Source: Gammaproteobacteria bacterium (GTDB lineage: Bacteria > Pseudomonadota > Gammaproteobacteria > JAJPIJ01). Taken from it: DNA of 64,000 nucleotides. Shown here one piece after another: positions 19,111 through 28,562 of this stretch. The stretch covers positions 64,750 to 128,749 of the forward strand of contig JAJPIJ010000046.1 of the NCBI GenBank assembly GCA_021324815.1. Direction: 5' to 3'. Position numbers and translations under genes: made by a program. Below the pieces are notes generated by a model, which was not told the origin of the DNA, did no database searches, and saw only the letters and a list, made by a program, of their open reading frames with translations. Position 1 is the first letter of the stretch. Each line of letters starts with the position of its first letter.

Positions 19111-21305
19111 AATTCGAACGGGACAAGCTGGCGGGGGATTTCTGGGGCGGGCTGGCGGCCATGCTGGTGGCTCTGCCCTCGGCGATCGCGTTCGGCGTCA
19201 CCATCTACTCGCCCATGGGCGGCCGCTTTGCCCCGCAGGGCGCCTTGGCCGGCTTTCTCGGGGTCACGGCGCTCGGGGTGCTGGCGCCCCTCTTCGGCGG
19301 CACCAACCGGCTGATCACCACGCCGAGCGCGCCGGCCGCCGCCGTGCTGTCGGCCTTCGTCATTGGGTTTCTCCAGCAGGGCGGCGGCCGGATGGAGACC
19401 CTGCCGCCCCTGCTGGCGCTTCTGGGGCTGTCCACCGGGATCATCCAGATCACCTTCGGCGCCGTGGGCCTGGGGCGCCTCATCAAGTACATGCCCTATC
19501 CCGTCGCCAGTGGATACCTGAGCGGCGTCGGCCTGTACATGATCGCCAGCCAGGTGCCGAGGTTCCTCGGCGTTCCCAAGGAAATACATTTCTGGGAATC
19601 ACTCGTATCCCTCCCGCAGTGGAAATGGCAGGGCATGGTGGTGGGCGCGGTGACCATGCTCATCATGCTGGTGGCGCCCCGGTTCACCAGGAAGGTGCCG
19701 GCGGCCATTCTCGCCCTCCTTGCTGGCATGCTGACCTATTTTGCCCTGGGCCTGCTGGACGGCTCCCTGCTCGTCCTGACCGGCAACCCGCTGGTGGTGG
19801 GGCCGCTGGGCGGCGCGGGCGGAAGTTTGACGCAGGCCGTCACCAGCCGCTGGTCGGCGGTGAGCCATCTCACGCTGGACGATTTGAATATCATTGCCAT
19901 GCCGGCCCTGACCCTTGCCGTTCTGCTGTCCATCGACACGCTCAAAACCTGCGTTGTTCTGGACGCGCTCACCCGCTCGCGCCACGATTCCAACAAGGAA
20001 CTGATCGGCCAGGGCGTCGGCAACGTCGCCTCCACCCTGATCGGCGGCATCCCCGGCTCCGGCATGATGGGCGCGACGATGGTGAACATGTCGAGCGGCG
20101 CGCGCAGCCGCCTCTCCGGGGTGATCGAGGGCGTCCTGGCGCTCGTGGCCTTCCTGGTCCTGGGATCGCTGGTCGCGTGGGTGCCCGTCGCCTCCCTGTC
20201 CGGCATCCTGATCGTCATCGGCTTGCGCATGATCGATCTGGACACCCTGCATTATCTGAAATCGCGCTCCACGATTCTGGATTTCGGCGTCATTGCCGCG
20301 GTGATCGTCGTCGCCCTCACGGTGAGCCTGATCGCGGCCTCCGCCACCGGCATTGTGCTGGCCATCCTGCTGTTCGTTCGCGAACAGATCGGCGGCAGGG
20401 TCGTCCGCCGCAAGGCTTATGGCAACGAGACGTTTTCCAAACAGATCAGGCCGCAGGAGGAAATGGAAATCCTCATCGCACAGGGGGGAAAAACGGCGAT
20501 TTTCGAATTACAAGGCAGTCTTTTTTTCGGCACTACCGACCAGCTGTATACGGCGCTGGAGGCGGAGCTCAAGAAATGCACCTATCTCATTCTCGACATG
20601 CGTCGCGTGCAATCGGTGGATGTGACCGCCACGCACATGCTCGGGCAGGTCAAGGACGCGCTGGCCGAGCATGGCGGTTTTCTGATTTTCAGCCAGATTC
20701 CATGGAACCTGCCGAGCGGCAGGGACATGAAACAATACTTCGACCAGGTCGGGCTGGTCAGGCCCGACAGCCCGGTGAAGGTCTTCGGCGAGATGGATGA
20801 GGCCATCGAGTGGGTGGAAAACCGCATTCTTGCCCAGGCGGCGCTTGCCCGCGTCCAGGAAAAACCCCTGAGCCTGAACGAAATCGGGTTGTTCAAGGAG
20901 CGCAAGGAGGAAACGCTGTCCGCGCTTGAAGCCTGCATGGAAAAACGCTCCTACACGGCGGGAAAGGTGATTTTCGCCCGCGGCGACACCGGCGACGAAC
21001 TGTTCCTCATCCGGCGTGGCGAGGTCCGTATCATGCTGCCGGTGGAGGGGGGCCGCAGCCACCACATCAGCACCTTCGGCCGCGGCGCCTTTTTCGGCGA
21101 AATGTCGTTTCTGGACGGCAGGCCCCGTTCGGCCACCGCCATTGCCTATTCCGACACTGATCTCTACGCGCTGTCCCGCAAGGCGTTCGACCAGTTTTCG
21201 GTGGAGCATAAGAAAATGGCGCTCAACCTGATGGAAGCACTGGCCAAGATGCTGGCGGCGAGGCTGCGGTACGCCGACGTGGAGATCCACGCGCTCGAGT
21301 CCTGA
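19107..21305 (+). CDS. SulP/SLC26 anion transporter with STAS and cNMP-binding domains
   Basis: SulP TM core (N.ELIGQGVGN), STAS (LQGSLFFGT, LD.RRV.SVD), cNMP domain (FFGEMSFLD..PRSA); ATG at 19107 overlaps the dnaQ stop. Confidence 0.88.
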   Translation: MKFERDKLAGDFWGGLAAMLVALPSAIAFGVTIYSPMGGRFAPQGALAGFLGVTALGVLAPLFGGTNRLITTPSAPAAAVLSAFVIGFLQQGGGRMETLPPLLALLGLSTGIIQITFGAVGLGRLIKYMPYPVASGYLSGVGLYMIASQVPRFLGVPKEIHFWESLVSLPQWKWQGMVVGAVTMLIMLVAPRFTRKVPAAILALLAGMLTYFALGLLDGSLLVLTGNPLVVGPLGGAGGSLTQAVTSRWSAVSHLTLDDLNIIAMPALTLAVLLSIDTLKTCVVLDALTRSRHDSNKELIGQGVGNVASTLIGGIPGSGMMGATMVNMSSGARSRLSGVIEGVLALVAFLVLGSLVAWVPVASLSGILIVIGLRMIDLDTLHYLKSRSTILDFGVIAAVIVVALTVSLIAASATGIVLAILLFVREQIGGRVVRRKAYGNETFSKQIRPQEEMEILIAQGGKTAIFELQGSLFFGTTDQLYTALEAELKKCTYLILDMRRVQSVDVTATHMLGQVKDALAEHGGFLIFSQIPWNLPSGRDMKQYFDQVGLVRPDSPVKVFGEMDEAIEWVENRILAQAALARVQEKPLSLNEIGLFKERKEETLSALEACMEKRSYTAGKVIFARGDTGDELFLIRRGEVRIMLPVEGGRSHHISTFGRGAFFGEMSFLDGRPRSATAIAYSDTDLYALSRKAFDQFSVEHKKMALNLMEALAKMLAARLRYADVEIHALES

Positions 21306-21408
21306 ATGGATATTAAGGGGACGTTATGAGGCGCCCGTTTCCACGGACACGTAGTCAGGAGACAACCCTTCGCTTATATCCTGGCGTTGCTCCATGCTGC
21401 ATTGGGCA

Positions 21409-22050
21409 TCAGGATTTTTCCAGCGGCACGGCGTTGAACTCGCCGGTTTTCCCGTCGAACAGGGTCAGCACGCCGTTGGCGATGCCAAAATGGCAGCCGT
21501 GGATTTCCAGCGCGCCGGCCTCCACGCGCTCGCGGATCCACTGGTAGGTCAGCAGGTTCTCCAGTCCCAGGCGCACGATCTGGTATTCGATTTGCTGCTG
21601 CCGCTCCCCGGGCGGGCAGGACGAACGCATGAGCCGCTCGCGGGCGGGCGTGGCGATGCTCATCCAGCTGCCGAGGTAGCCGCTGCTAAGCCAGTGCTCC
21701 TCATAGTCCCCCAAGAGGACCTTGGCGCCGCCACACTGGGCGTGGCCCATGATGACGATATGCTCGACGTTCAGATACAGCACGGCGAATTCCAGCGCCG
21801 CCGCCGTCGCCTGCAAGCGCGCAATGGGCGAATCCGGCGGCACCAGGTTGGCGATGTTTCGCAGCACGAACAGCTCGCCGGGGCTGGTGTCGAAAATGGT
21901 GGCCGGATCGACGCGGCTGTCGCAGCAGGCGATGAACATGACCTTGGGCGACTGGCCGCGCGCCTCCAGTTCGCGGTAGAGCTTTTGCGCCGCGGGGAAG
22001 CGTCCGCTGCGGAACCGGCGGTAACCCTGCAGGAGGGGCTCGATGCTCAT
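21409..22050 (-). CDS. beta-class carbonic anhydrase
   Basis: C.DSRV, GELFV.RNIAN, GH..CGG zinc ligands. Confidence 0.93.
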   Translation of the reverse strand: MSIEPLLQGYRRFRSGRFPAAQKLYRELEARGQSPKVMFIACCDSRVDPATIFDTSPGELFVLRNIANLVPPDSPIARLQATAAALEFAVLYLNVEHIVIMGHAQCGGAKVLLGDYEEHWLSSGYLGSWMSIATPARERLMRSSCPPGERQQQIEYQIVRLGLENLLTYQWIRERVEAGALEIHGCHFGIANGVLTLFDGKTGEFNAVPLEKS

Positions 22051-22142
22051 GGGCTGTCCTCACACGTTTAAGTTGGCGGGGCGTCATAGTAAGCTGGACC
22101 TGCACAGCCGGCCAGCCCTTGCGCCTGCGGGAGGTTACCCCT

Positions 22143-22316
22143 ATGTCGGATCAGAGTCCCATGAAGGTCATCGTCACGGATTTCGAGATGTCGTTCTGGT
22201 CGATGGTGTTTTTCATGGTGAAGTGGGCCATCGCCGCCATACCGGCCGCCGTCATCCTGGTGGCCGCGGTCATGCTCTTCTGGGGGATCATCGCCACCTT
22301 CATCGGCCTGCGCTGA
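22143..22316 (+). CDS. small membrane hypothetical protein
   Basis: ATG after GGAGG; V.VTD..M.F.SMV.FMVKWAIAAIPA hydrophobic pattern. Confidence 0.65.
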   Translation: MSDQSPMKVIVTDFEMSFWSMVFFMVKWAIAAIPAAVILVAAVMLFWGIIATFIGLR

Positions 22317-22334
22317 AAACGCGGGGCTGCGCAC

Positions 22335-22877
22335 GTGTCTTTCCGGGCATGGCTGCTGTTGATCCTGGCCGCCTATTTCGGCTGGCGGGAGTTTCTGCGC
22401 GCGCCGGCGAACGCCGAACAGGCGGCGCGCAAGGGCTACGCCATCACCGAGCTGGCGCCCTACACGGAAACGCTGCGTGTGCTGTCCACGGAATCCTACA
22501 GTTTTGACCGCGAGGCGGATTTGTCGCCGCTCGACATCGCCGCCGGCTGGGGGCCGATGGCGGACCCCGCCATCTACAAGCAGTTTCACGTCAGCCAGAG
22601 CGGACGCTGGTATTACTGGCAGACCGACCGCTTCCCCATTCCGCGGCGCGAGGTGGAGACCCACAGCAGCAACATCCACATCGTTCCCGCCACTCCCGAA
22701 ATCGCCAGGGCGCTGAAAAAGGTGCGGCCGGATGATTTGATCGAAGTTGACGGTTCCTTGATCGAGATCAAGGCGGCCGACGGCTGGAGATGGAAGAGTT
22801 CGCTCTCGCGTGAAGACACCGGTCAGGGCGCGTGCGAGTTGCTGCTGCTCAAGAAAATATCGGTCCAGAGCAGATGA
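22335..22877 (+). CDS. hypothetical protein with N-terminal anchor and possible OB-like fold
   Basis: 180-aa ORF, high-GC codon bias, motifs SP.D.A.GWG, N.H..PA, W.SS.SR.D.G.GACE. Confidence 0.7.
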   Translation: MSFRAWLLLILAAYFGWREFLRAPANAEQAARKGYAITELAPYTETLRVLSTESYSFDREADLSPLDIAAGWGPMADPAIYKQFHVSQSGRWYYWQTDRFPIPRREVETHSSNIHIVPATPEIARALKKVRPDDLIEVDGSLIEIKAADGWRWKSSLSREDTGQGACELLLLKKISVQSR

Positions 22878-23190
22878 ACCGGGGGGCGGGTGCTTCGAAC
22901 AAATCCGCCGGCGGTTTCGAAATATTTTGGCGTTTTGTGCGTTTTGCAGGTGCAGCAAAACGGTTCTTTCGCGCCTCAATCGACCATTTTGCTTGCACGG
23001 AAACGCTAACTTGCTGATAATTCATCCCTGATTTAGGGGGCCGTGACAAGTATCAGCGGGCCGATGAGCCTACACGGCCGATGGTTCCAACCTTTACTTT
23101 AATAATTCAAGCGCGGGATTGACGAGAGAGGCCTGCAGTCGCGGCGGAATCCCGCGCGCCGACAGATTGATTTTTTGAGGAGATTCAACC

Positions 23191-24387
23191 ATGCCAGGAC
23201 GTAACTTTTTGTTCATTCCCGGTCCGACCAACATCCCCGATCGCATCAACCGCGCCATGCACCTCGCCCAGGAGGATATGCGCGCGCCGGATCTGCCGAA
23301 TTTCACCAAGCCGTTGTATGAGGACATGAAGAAAGTCTTCAAGACCACGACCGGGCGGGTTTTTATTTTTCCCGCCTCGGGCACCGGCGGCTGGGAGGCC
23401 GGCATCGCCAACACGCTGTCGCCCGGCGACAAGGTGCTGATGTCCGGCTTTGGCCATTTCTCCAATCTCTGGATCGACATGTGCCAGCGCTGGGGCTTGA
23501 ACGTGCAGGCGCTGGAGGTGGACTGGGGCGAGGGCGTGCCGGTGGAGAGGTACGCCGAGATCCTCAAGGCCGACAGGAAGCACGAGATCAAGGGCGTGTT
23601 CGCCACGCAGAACGAGACCGCGACCGGCGTCGCCTCGGACGTCAAGGCGGTGCGCAAGGCGCTGGATGACGCCAGCCACCCGGCGCTGCTGTTCGTGGAT
23701 GGCGTGTCCTCGGTCGCGTCGATGGATTTCCGCATGGACGAATGGTGCGTGGACGTGTGCGTGTCCGGCTCGCAGAAGGGCCTCATGCTGCCGACCGGCC
23801 TGGGCATCATCTGCATGAGTCAGAAGGCGATGGAGGCCGCCAAGACCGCGAAACTCCCACGCTGCTTCTTCGACATCGCCGATCAAATCAAGAGCAACGA
23901 CATGGGCTTCTTTCCCTACACGCCGCCGATGAACCTGCTGCGCGGCCTGCGCGAGTCGCTGAACATCCTCTTCGAGGAGGGCCTGGAGAACGTGTTCGCG
24001 CGCCACCACCGCTATGCCGAGGCCACCCGCGCCGCCGTCAAGGCCTGGGGGTTGAAGCTGGTGGCGAAGGAGCCGAAGTGGTATTCCGACACCATCAGCG
24101 CCGTGTTCGTGCCGGAGGGCTTCAACGGCACCGAGGTGGTGCGCACCGCCTACCGCCGCTACAACCTGTGTCTCAGCATCGGCCTGGCGAAGGTGGCCGG
24201 CAAGATCTTCCGCATCGGCCATCTCGGCGACATGAACGAGCTCATGCTGCTCGCAGCCTTAAGCGGGGCGGAGATGGCGATGCGCGACATCGGCATCAAG
24301 GTCGAGGCGGGATCCGGCGTGGCGGCGGCGCAGGAATATTTGCGCGCCTCGGCGAAGCCGTCCGTCGAGGAAGCCAGAAAAATCTAA
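23191..24387 (+). CDS. sgaA: serine--glyoxylate aminotransferase
   Basis: Class V PLP enzyme: PGPTNIP, ASGTGGWEA, NETATGV, SGSQKG, FRIGHLG; heads the serine-cycle operon. Confidence 0.88.
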   Translation: MPGRNFLFIPGPTNIPDRINRAMHLAQEDMRAPDLPNFTKPLYEDMKKVFKTTTGRVFIFPASGTGGWEAGIANTLSPGDKVLMSGFGHFSNLWIDMCQRWGLNVQALEVDWGEGVPVERYAEILKADRKHEIKGVFATQNETATGVASDVKAVRKALDDASHPALLFVDGVSSVASMDFRMDEWCVDVCVSGSQKGLMLPTGLGIICMSQKAMEAAKTAKLPRCFFDIADQIKSNDMGFFPYTPPMNLLRGLRESLNILFEEGLENVFARHHRYAEATRAAVKAWGLKLVAKEPKWYSDTISAVFVPEGFNGTEVVRTAYRRYNLCLSIGLAKVAGKIFRIGHLGDMNELMLLAALSGAEMAMRDIGIKVEAGSGVAAAQEYLRASAKPSVEEARKI

Positions 24388-24450
24388 CATGTTGACGCAC
24401 CGCCGCCGGCGCCGCGCGCCCCGGCGGCGGCAATTACCGAGGAAAAACCC

Positions 24451-25398
24451 ATGAGCTTCACGCAATACAAGCCGGTGCGCACACGGTTGCAACGCAGCGA
24501 ACTGGCGGTGCCCGGCTCCAATCCGTCCATGTTCGAGAAGGCATTGAAGAGCGCTGCCGACTACGTGTTCCTCGACTGCGAGGACGCGGTGGCGCCGGAC
24601 GACAAGGAGAAGGCGCGCCGGAACATCATCCAGGCCTTGAACGATCTGGACTGGGCCGGCCACGGCAAGACCATCTCGGTGCGCATCAACGGGCTGGACA
24701 CGCACTACATGTACCGCGACGTGGTCGACATCGTCGAGCAGGCCGGCCACAAGCTCGACACCATCCTCATCCCCAAAGTCGGCACGCCGTCGGATGTGTA
24801 TATGGTCGATTGCATGCTGACGCAGATCGAGGAAGCCAGAAAGATCAAGAAGCCCATCGGCATCGAGTGCCTCATCGAGATCGCGCTCGGCATGGCCAAC
24901 GTCGAGGCCATCGCGCAGTCGAGCAGGCGTCTCGAGGCGTTGCATTTCGGCGTTGCCGATTTTGCCGCTTCCTGCCGGGCGCGCACCGTCGTCATCGGCG
25001 GCCTCAATCCGGATTATCCGGGCGATCAATGGCACTCGGCCCTGCAGCGCATGGTGATCGCCTGCCGCGCCTACGGCATCCGCGCCATCGACGGGCCGTT
25101 CGGCGACTTCAACGATCCGGAGGGCTACAAGGCCGCCGCCCGCCGCGCCGCGGCGCTGGGATACGAAGGCAAGTGGGCCATCCATCCCTCGCAGATTGCG
25201 CTCGCCAACGAGGTCATGTCACCGCCGCCGCAGGAGGTCGACCGGGCCAGGCGCATCCTGGTGGCCCTCGAGGAGGCCGCCAGGGCCGGCAGGGGCGCGG
25301 CCCAGCTCGACGGGCGCATGATCGACGCGGCCTCGGCGCGCATGGCGGAAAACGTGGTGCGCATGGCGGAGGTCATCGACGCCAGGACCAAAAAGTAA
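24451..25398 (+). CDS. mcl: malyl-CoA lyase
   Basis: [51 protein letters not shown]. Confidence 0.92.
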   Translation: MSFTQYKPVRTRLQRSELAVPGSNPSMFEKALKSAADYVFLDCEDAVAPDDKEKARRNIIQALNDLDWAGHGKTISVRINGLDTHYMYRDVVDIVEQAGHKLDTILIPKVGTPSDVYMVDCMLTQIEEARKIKKPIGIECLIEIALGMANVEAIAQSSRRLEALHFGVADFAASCRARTVVIGGLNPDYPGDQWHSALQRMVIACRAYGIRAIDGPFGDFNDPEGYKAAARRAAALGYEGKWAIHPSQIALANEVMSPPPQEVDRARRILVALEEAARAGRGAAQLDGRMIDAASARMAENVVRMAEVIDARTKK

Positions 25399-25430
25399 CG
25401 ATCACTGGAATTCAAAGCAGGAGAGCCATC

Positions 25431-26609
25431 GTGGAAATTCATGAGTATCAGGCAAAGGAAATCCTTTCGGGTTTCGGCATCCAGACCCTGTCCGGAGGAC
25501 TCGCCTACAGCCCGGAGCAGGCGGTCTACCGCGCCAAGGAGATCGGCGGCAACGTCTGGGTCGTCAAGGCGCAAATCCATTCCGGTGCCCGCGGCAAGGC
25601 CGGCGGCATCAAGGTCTGCCGCAACGACGATCAAATCTGGGAGGCCGCGGATGATCTGCTCGGCAAGCGGCTGGTCACTCATCAGACGGGACCGGCCGGC
25701 AAGGTCGTCCACCGGCTGTACGTCGAGGCCGGCTGCGACATCGACCGCGAGATCTACCTGGCCTACGTGCTGGATCGCGCCGCCGAGCGGGTGGCGGTCG
25801 TGGCCTCGGCGCAGGGCGGCATGGAAATCGAGGAAATCGCGCACAGCAAGCCGGAATCCATCGTCCGTTGTTCGATTGAGCCCGCGGTGGGCATGCAGGA
25901 ATTCCAGGCCCGCGAAATCGCATTCGCGCTGAAGATACCGCCCTCCATGATCAGCCAGGCGGTGACCACCTTCATGGGCTGCTATCGCGCCTTCCGCGAT
26001 CTCGACGCCACCATGGTCGAAATCAATCCATTGGTCATCACCAAGGACAACAAGCTCATCGCCCTGGACGCCAAGATGTCCTTTGACGACAACGCCCTGT
26101 TCCGCCATCCGAACATCTCCGAGCTGCGCGACAAGTCGCAGGAGGATCCGCGCGAGATGCAGGCGGCCGACCGCGGCCTGTCCTACGTCGGCCTCGACGG
26201 CAACATCGGCTGCATGATCAACGGCGCCGGGCTCGCCATGGCCTCCATGGACATGATCAAGCTGGCCGGCGGCGAGCCCGCCAATTTCCTCGACATCGGC
26301 GGCGGCGCCAATCCCGAGCGTGTCGCCAAGGCCTTCCGCCTCGTGCTCTCCGATCCCAAGGTCGAGGCCTTTCTGGTCAACATCTTCGCCGGCATCAACC
26401 GCTGCGACTGGGTGGCCGAGGGCATCATCCAGGCGCTGGACAAGGTCGAGATGAAGGTGCCGCTGGTGGTGCGTCTTTCCGGCACCAACGTCGAGGCCGG
26501 CCGCAAGATCATCAAGGAGAGCGGCAAGCCGATCATCAGAGCTGACACGCTCGCCGAGGCCGCCGAGAAGGTCGTGGCGGCCTGGAAGAAGCACACCGGC
26601 AGGAAATAA
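25431..26609 (+). CDS. mtkA: malate--CoA ligase (malate thiokinase) beta subunit
   Basis: GTG start; [41 protein letters not shown]; context with mcl. Confidence 0.88.
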   Translation: MEIHEYQAKEILSGFGIQTLSGGLAYSPEQAVYRAKEIGGNVWVVKAQIHSGARGKAGGIKVCRNDDQIWEAADDLLGKRLVTHQTGPAGKVVHRLYVEAGCDIDREIYLAYVLDRAAERVAVVASAQGGMEIEEIAHSKPESIVRCSIEPAVGMQEFQAREIAFALKIPPSMISQAVTTFMGCYRAFRDLDATMVEINPLVITKDNKLIALDAKMSFDDNALFRHPNISELRDKSQEDPREMQAADRGLSYVGLDGNIGCMINGAGLAMASMDMIKLAGGEPANFLDIGGGANPERVAKAFRLVLSDPKVEAFLVNIFAGINRCDWVAEGIIQALDKVEMKVPLVVRLSGTNVEAGRKIIKESGKPIIRADTLAEAAEKVVAAWKKHTGRK

Positions 26610-26633
26610 CGGGGAATTTCAAGAGGACACACC

Positions 26634-27530
26634 ATGGCGATTCTTCTGACTGAGAAATCACGCGTGATCGTGCAGGGCTTTACCGGCCAGATCGGCACAT
26701 TCCACGCCAACGACATGATCAAGTACGGCACCAACATCGTGGGCGGCGTCACGCCGGGCAAGGGCGGCACAAGGCACCTCGATCGTCCCGTGTTCAACAC
26801 GGTCAAGGAGGCGGTGCGGGAGACCGGCGCCGACTGCAGCATCATTTTCGTGCCCGCCCCCTACGCCGCCGACTCCATCATGGAGGCGGCTGATGGGGGC
26901 ATCCGCTACTGCGTGGCGATCACCGACGGCATACCGGCCCAGGACATGATCCGCGTCAAGCGCTACATGCGCCGCTACCGGGAGGCCAACCGCATGCGGC
27001 TCACCGGCCCCAACTGCGCCGGCACCATCTCGCCCGGCAAGGCCATGATGGGCATCATGCCGGGGCACATCTACATGCCCGGCGATGTCGGCATCGTCGG
27101 GCGCTCCGGCACGCTGGGCTACGAGGCGGCCTCGCAGATGAAGGCGCTCGGCATCGGCGTCACCACCTCGGTCGGCATCGGCGGCGATCCGATCAACGGC
27201 AGATCGTTCAAGGATATTCTGGAGCTGTTCAACGGCGATCCGGACACCAGGATGGTGGTGATGATCGGCGAGATTGGCGGCCCGCAGGAGGCCGAGGCCG
27301 CTCGCTGGGCCAGGGACAACATGAAAAAACCCGTGGTGGCCTACATCGCCGGACTGACGGCGCCCAAGGGCCGCCGCATGGGCCATGCCGGCGCCATCAT
27401 CTCCGCCTTTGGTGAATCCGCGGCCGAGAAGGTGGAGATTTTGAAGGAGTGCGGCGTCACCGTCGCGCCCACGCCGGCGGCCATCGGCCAGACCGTCGCC
27501 GAGGTGCGCAAAAAACACGGCATCAAATGA
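26634..27530 (+). CDS. mtkB: malate--CoA ligase alpha subunit
   Basis: GGVTPGKG, TDGIPAQDM, GPNCAG, RSGTLGYEA, MGHAGA. Confidence 0.86.
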   Translation: MAILLTEKSRVIVQGFTGQIGTFHANDMIKYGTNIVGGVTPGKGGTRHLDRPVFNTVKEAVRETGADCSIIFVPAPYAADSIMEAADGGIRYCVAITDGIPAQDMIRVKRYMRRYREANRMRLTGPNCAGTISPGKAMMGIMPGHIYMPGDVGIVGRSGTLGYEAASQMKALGIGVTTSVGIGGDPINGRSFKDILELFNGDPDTRMVVMIGEIGGPQEAEAARWARDNMKKPVVAYIAGLTAPKGRRMGHAGAIISAFGESAAEKVEILKECGVTVAPTPAAIGQTVAEVRKKHGIK

Positions 27531-27590
27531 CGGCGCCGGGCTGAATTTGTTCCATGGTGGAGAAGCAGGGGAAAATTTTGGGGACGTTCC

Positions 27591-28562
27591 ATGAGCAAAC
27601 CGAAGATAGTGGTCACCCGCGCCTGGCCCAAGGAGGTCGAGGCCGAGCTTCAGAGGCACTATGACGTCACGCTGAACACCACCGACACCCCGATGTCGAC
27701 GGCGCAGCTGCAGGACGCGTTGCGCCAGTACGACGCGGTGTGTCCGACGGTGTCGGACAAAATCAGCGCCGAGGTTCTGGGTGCCCGGCCGCTGCGGGCG
27801 AAGATCCTCGGCAACTTCGGCGTCGGTTTCAATCACATCGATCTCGATGCCGCCAGGGCGCGCGGCCTGACGGTCACCAACACCCCCGAGGTGCTGACCG
27901 ATTGCACCGCCGATCTGGCCATGACGCTGCTGCTCATGGCGGCCCGGCGCGCCGGCGAAGGTGAACGCCACGTCCGCACCAGGGCGTGGACCGGCTGGCG
28001 CCCCACGCACATGATTTCCACCAAGGTCACCGGCAAGACGCTGGGCTTGATCGGCATGGGCCGCATCGCCCGCGCCGCCGCCCACCGCGCCCATCACGGC
28101 TTCGGCATGAAGATCATCTATTTCGATCCGTTCCCGCCGCCGCCGGAGGCGATCAAGGATCTCAATGCCACTCAGTGCGGAGGCATTGAGGAGGTGCTGA
28201 AACAGGCCGACTTCGTTTCGCTGCACTGCCCGGGCGGCAGGGAGAACTACCACCTCATCAACGCCGAGCGGCTGAAGATGATGAAACCGGAGGCCATTCT
28301 CATCAACACCGCCCGCGGCGACGTGGTCGACGATCAGGCGCTGATCGCGGCGCTGAAACAGGGCGTCATCAAGGCCGCGGGCCTGGACGTCTATGAGGGC
28401 GAGCCCAGGGTCAACGAGGCTTACCTCGCGATGGAAAACGTGGTGTTGCTGCCGCATCTGGGCAGCGCCACCCGCGAGACCCGCATCGCCATGGGCATGC
28501 GCGTGTTCGAGAACCTGCAACTCTTCTTCGCCGGCAAGCCGGTGCGCGACAAAGTGGTGTGA
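27591..28562 (+). CDS. D-glycerate dehydrogenase / hydroxypyruvate reductase
   Basis: D-2-hydroxyacid dehydrogenase motifs: VTNTP.VL, G.IGMGRI, INTARG, GLDVYE.EP, PHLGSA. Confidence 0.85.
   Translation: MSKPKIVVTRAWPKEVEAELQRHYDVTLNTTDTPMSTAQLQDALRQYDAVCPTVSDKISAEVLGARPLRAKILGNFGVGFNHIDLDAARARGLTVTNTPEVLTDCTADLAMTLLLMAARRAGEGERHVRTRAWTGWRPTHMISTKVTGKTLGLIGMGRIARAAAHRAHHGFGMKIIYFDPFPPPPEAIKDLNATQCGGIEEVLKQADFVSLHCPGGRENYHLINAERLKMMKPEAILINTARGDVVDDQALIAALKQGVIKAAGLDVYEGEPRVNEAYLAMENVVLLPHLGSATRETRIAMGMRVFENLQLFFAGKPVRDKVV

Noticed and set aside
24810-25430. Apparent 599-aa MtkA
   Set aside because: The upstream part overlaps mcl out of frame; the GTG at 25431 has its own RBS.
25431-27530. 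Calling these genes sucCD
   Set aside because: The context with mcl, sga and ppc and the [11 protein letters not shown] / TDGIPAQDM variants favour malate thiokinase.
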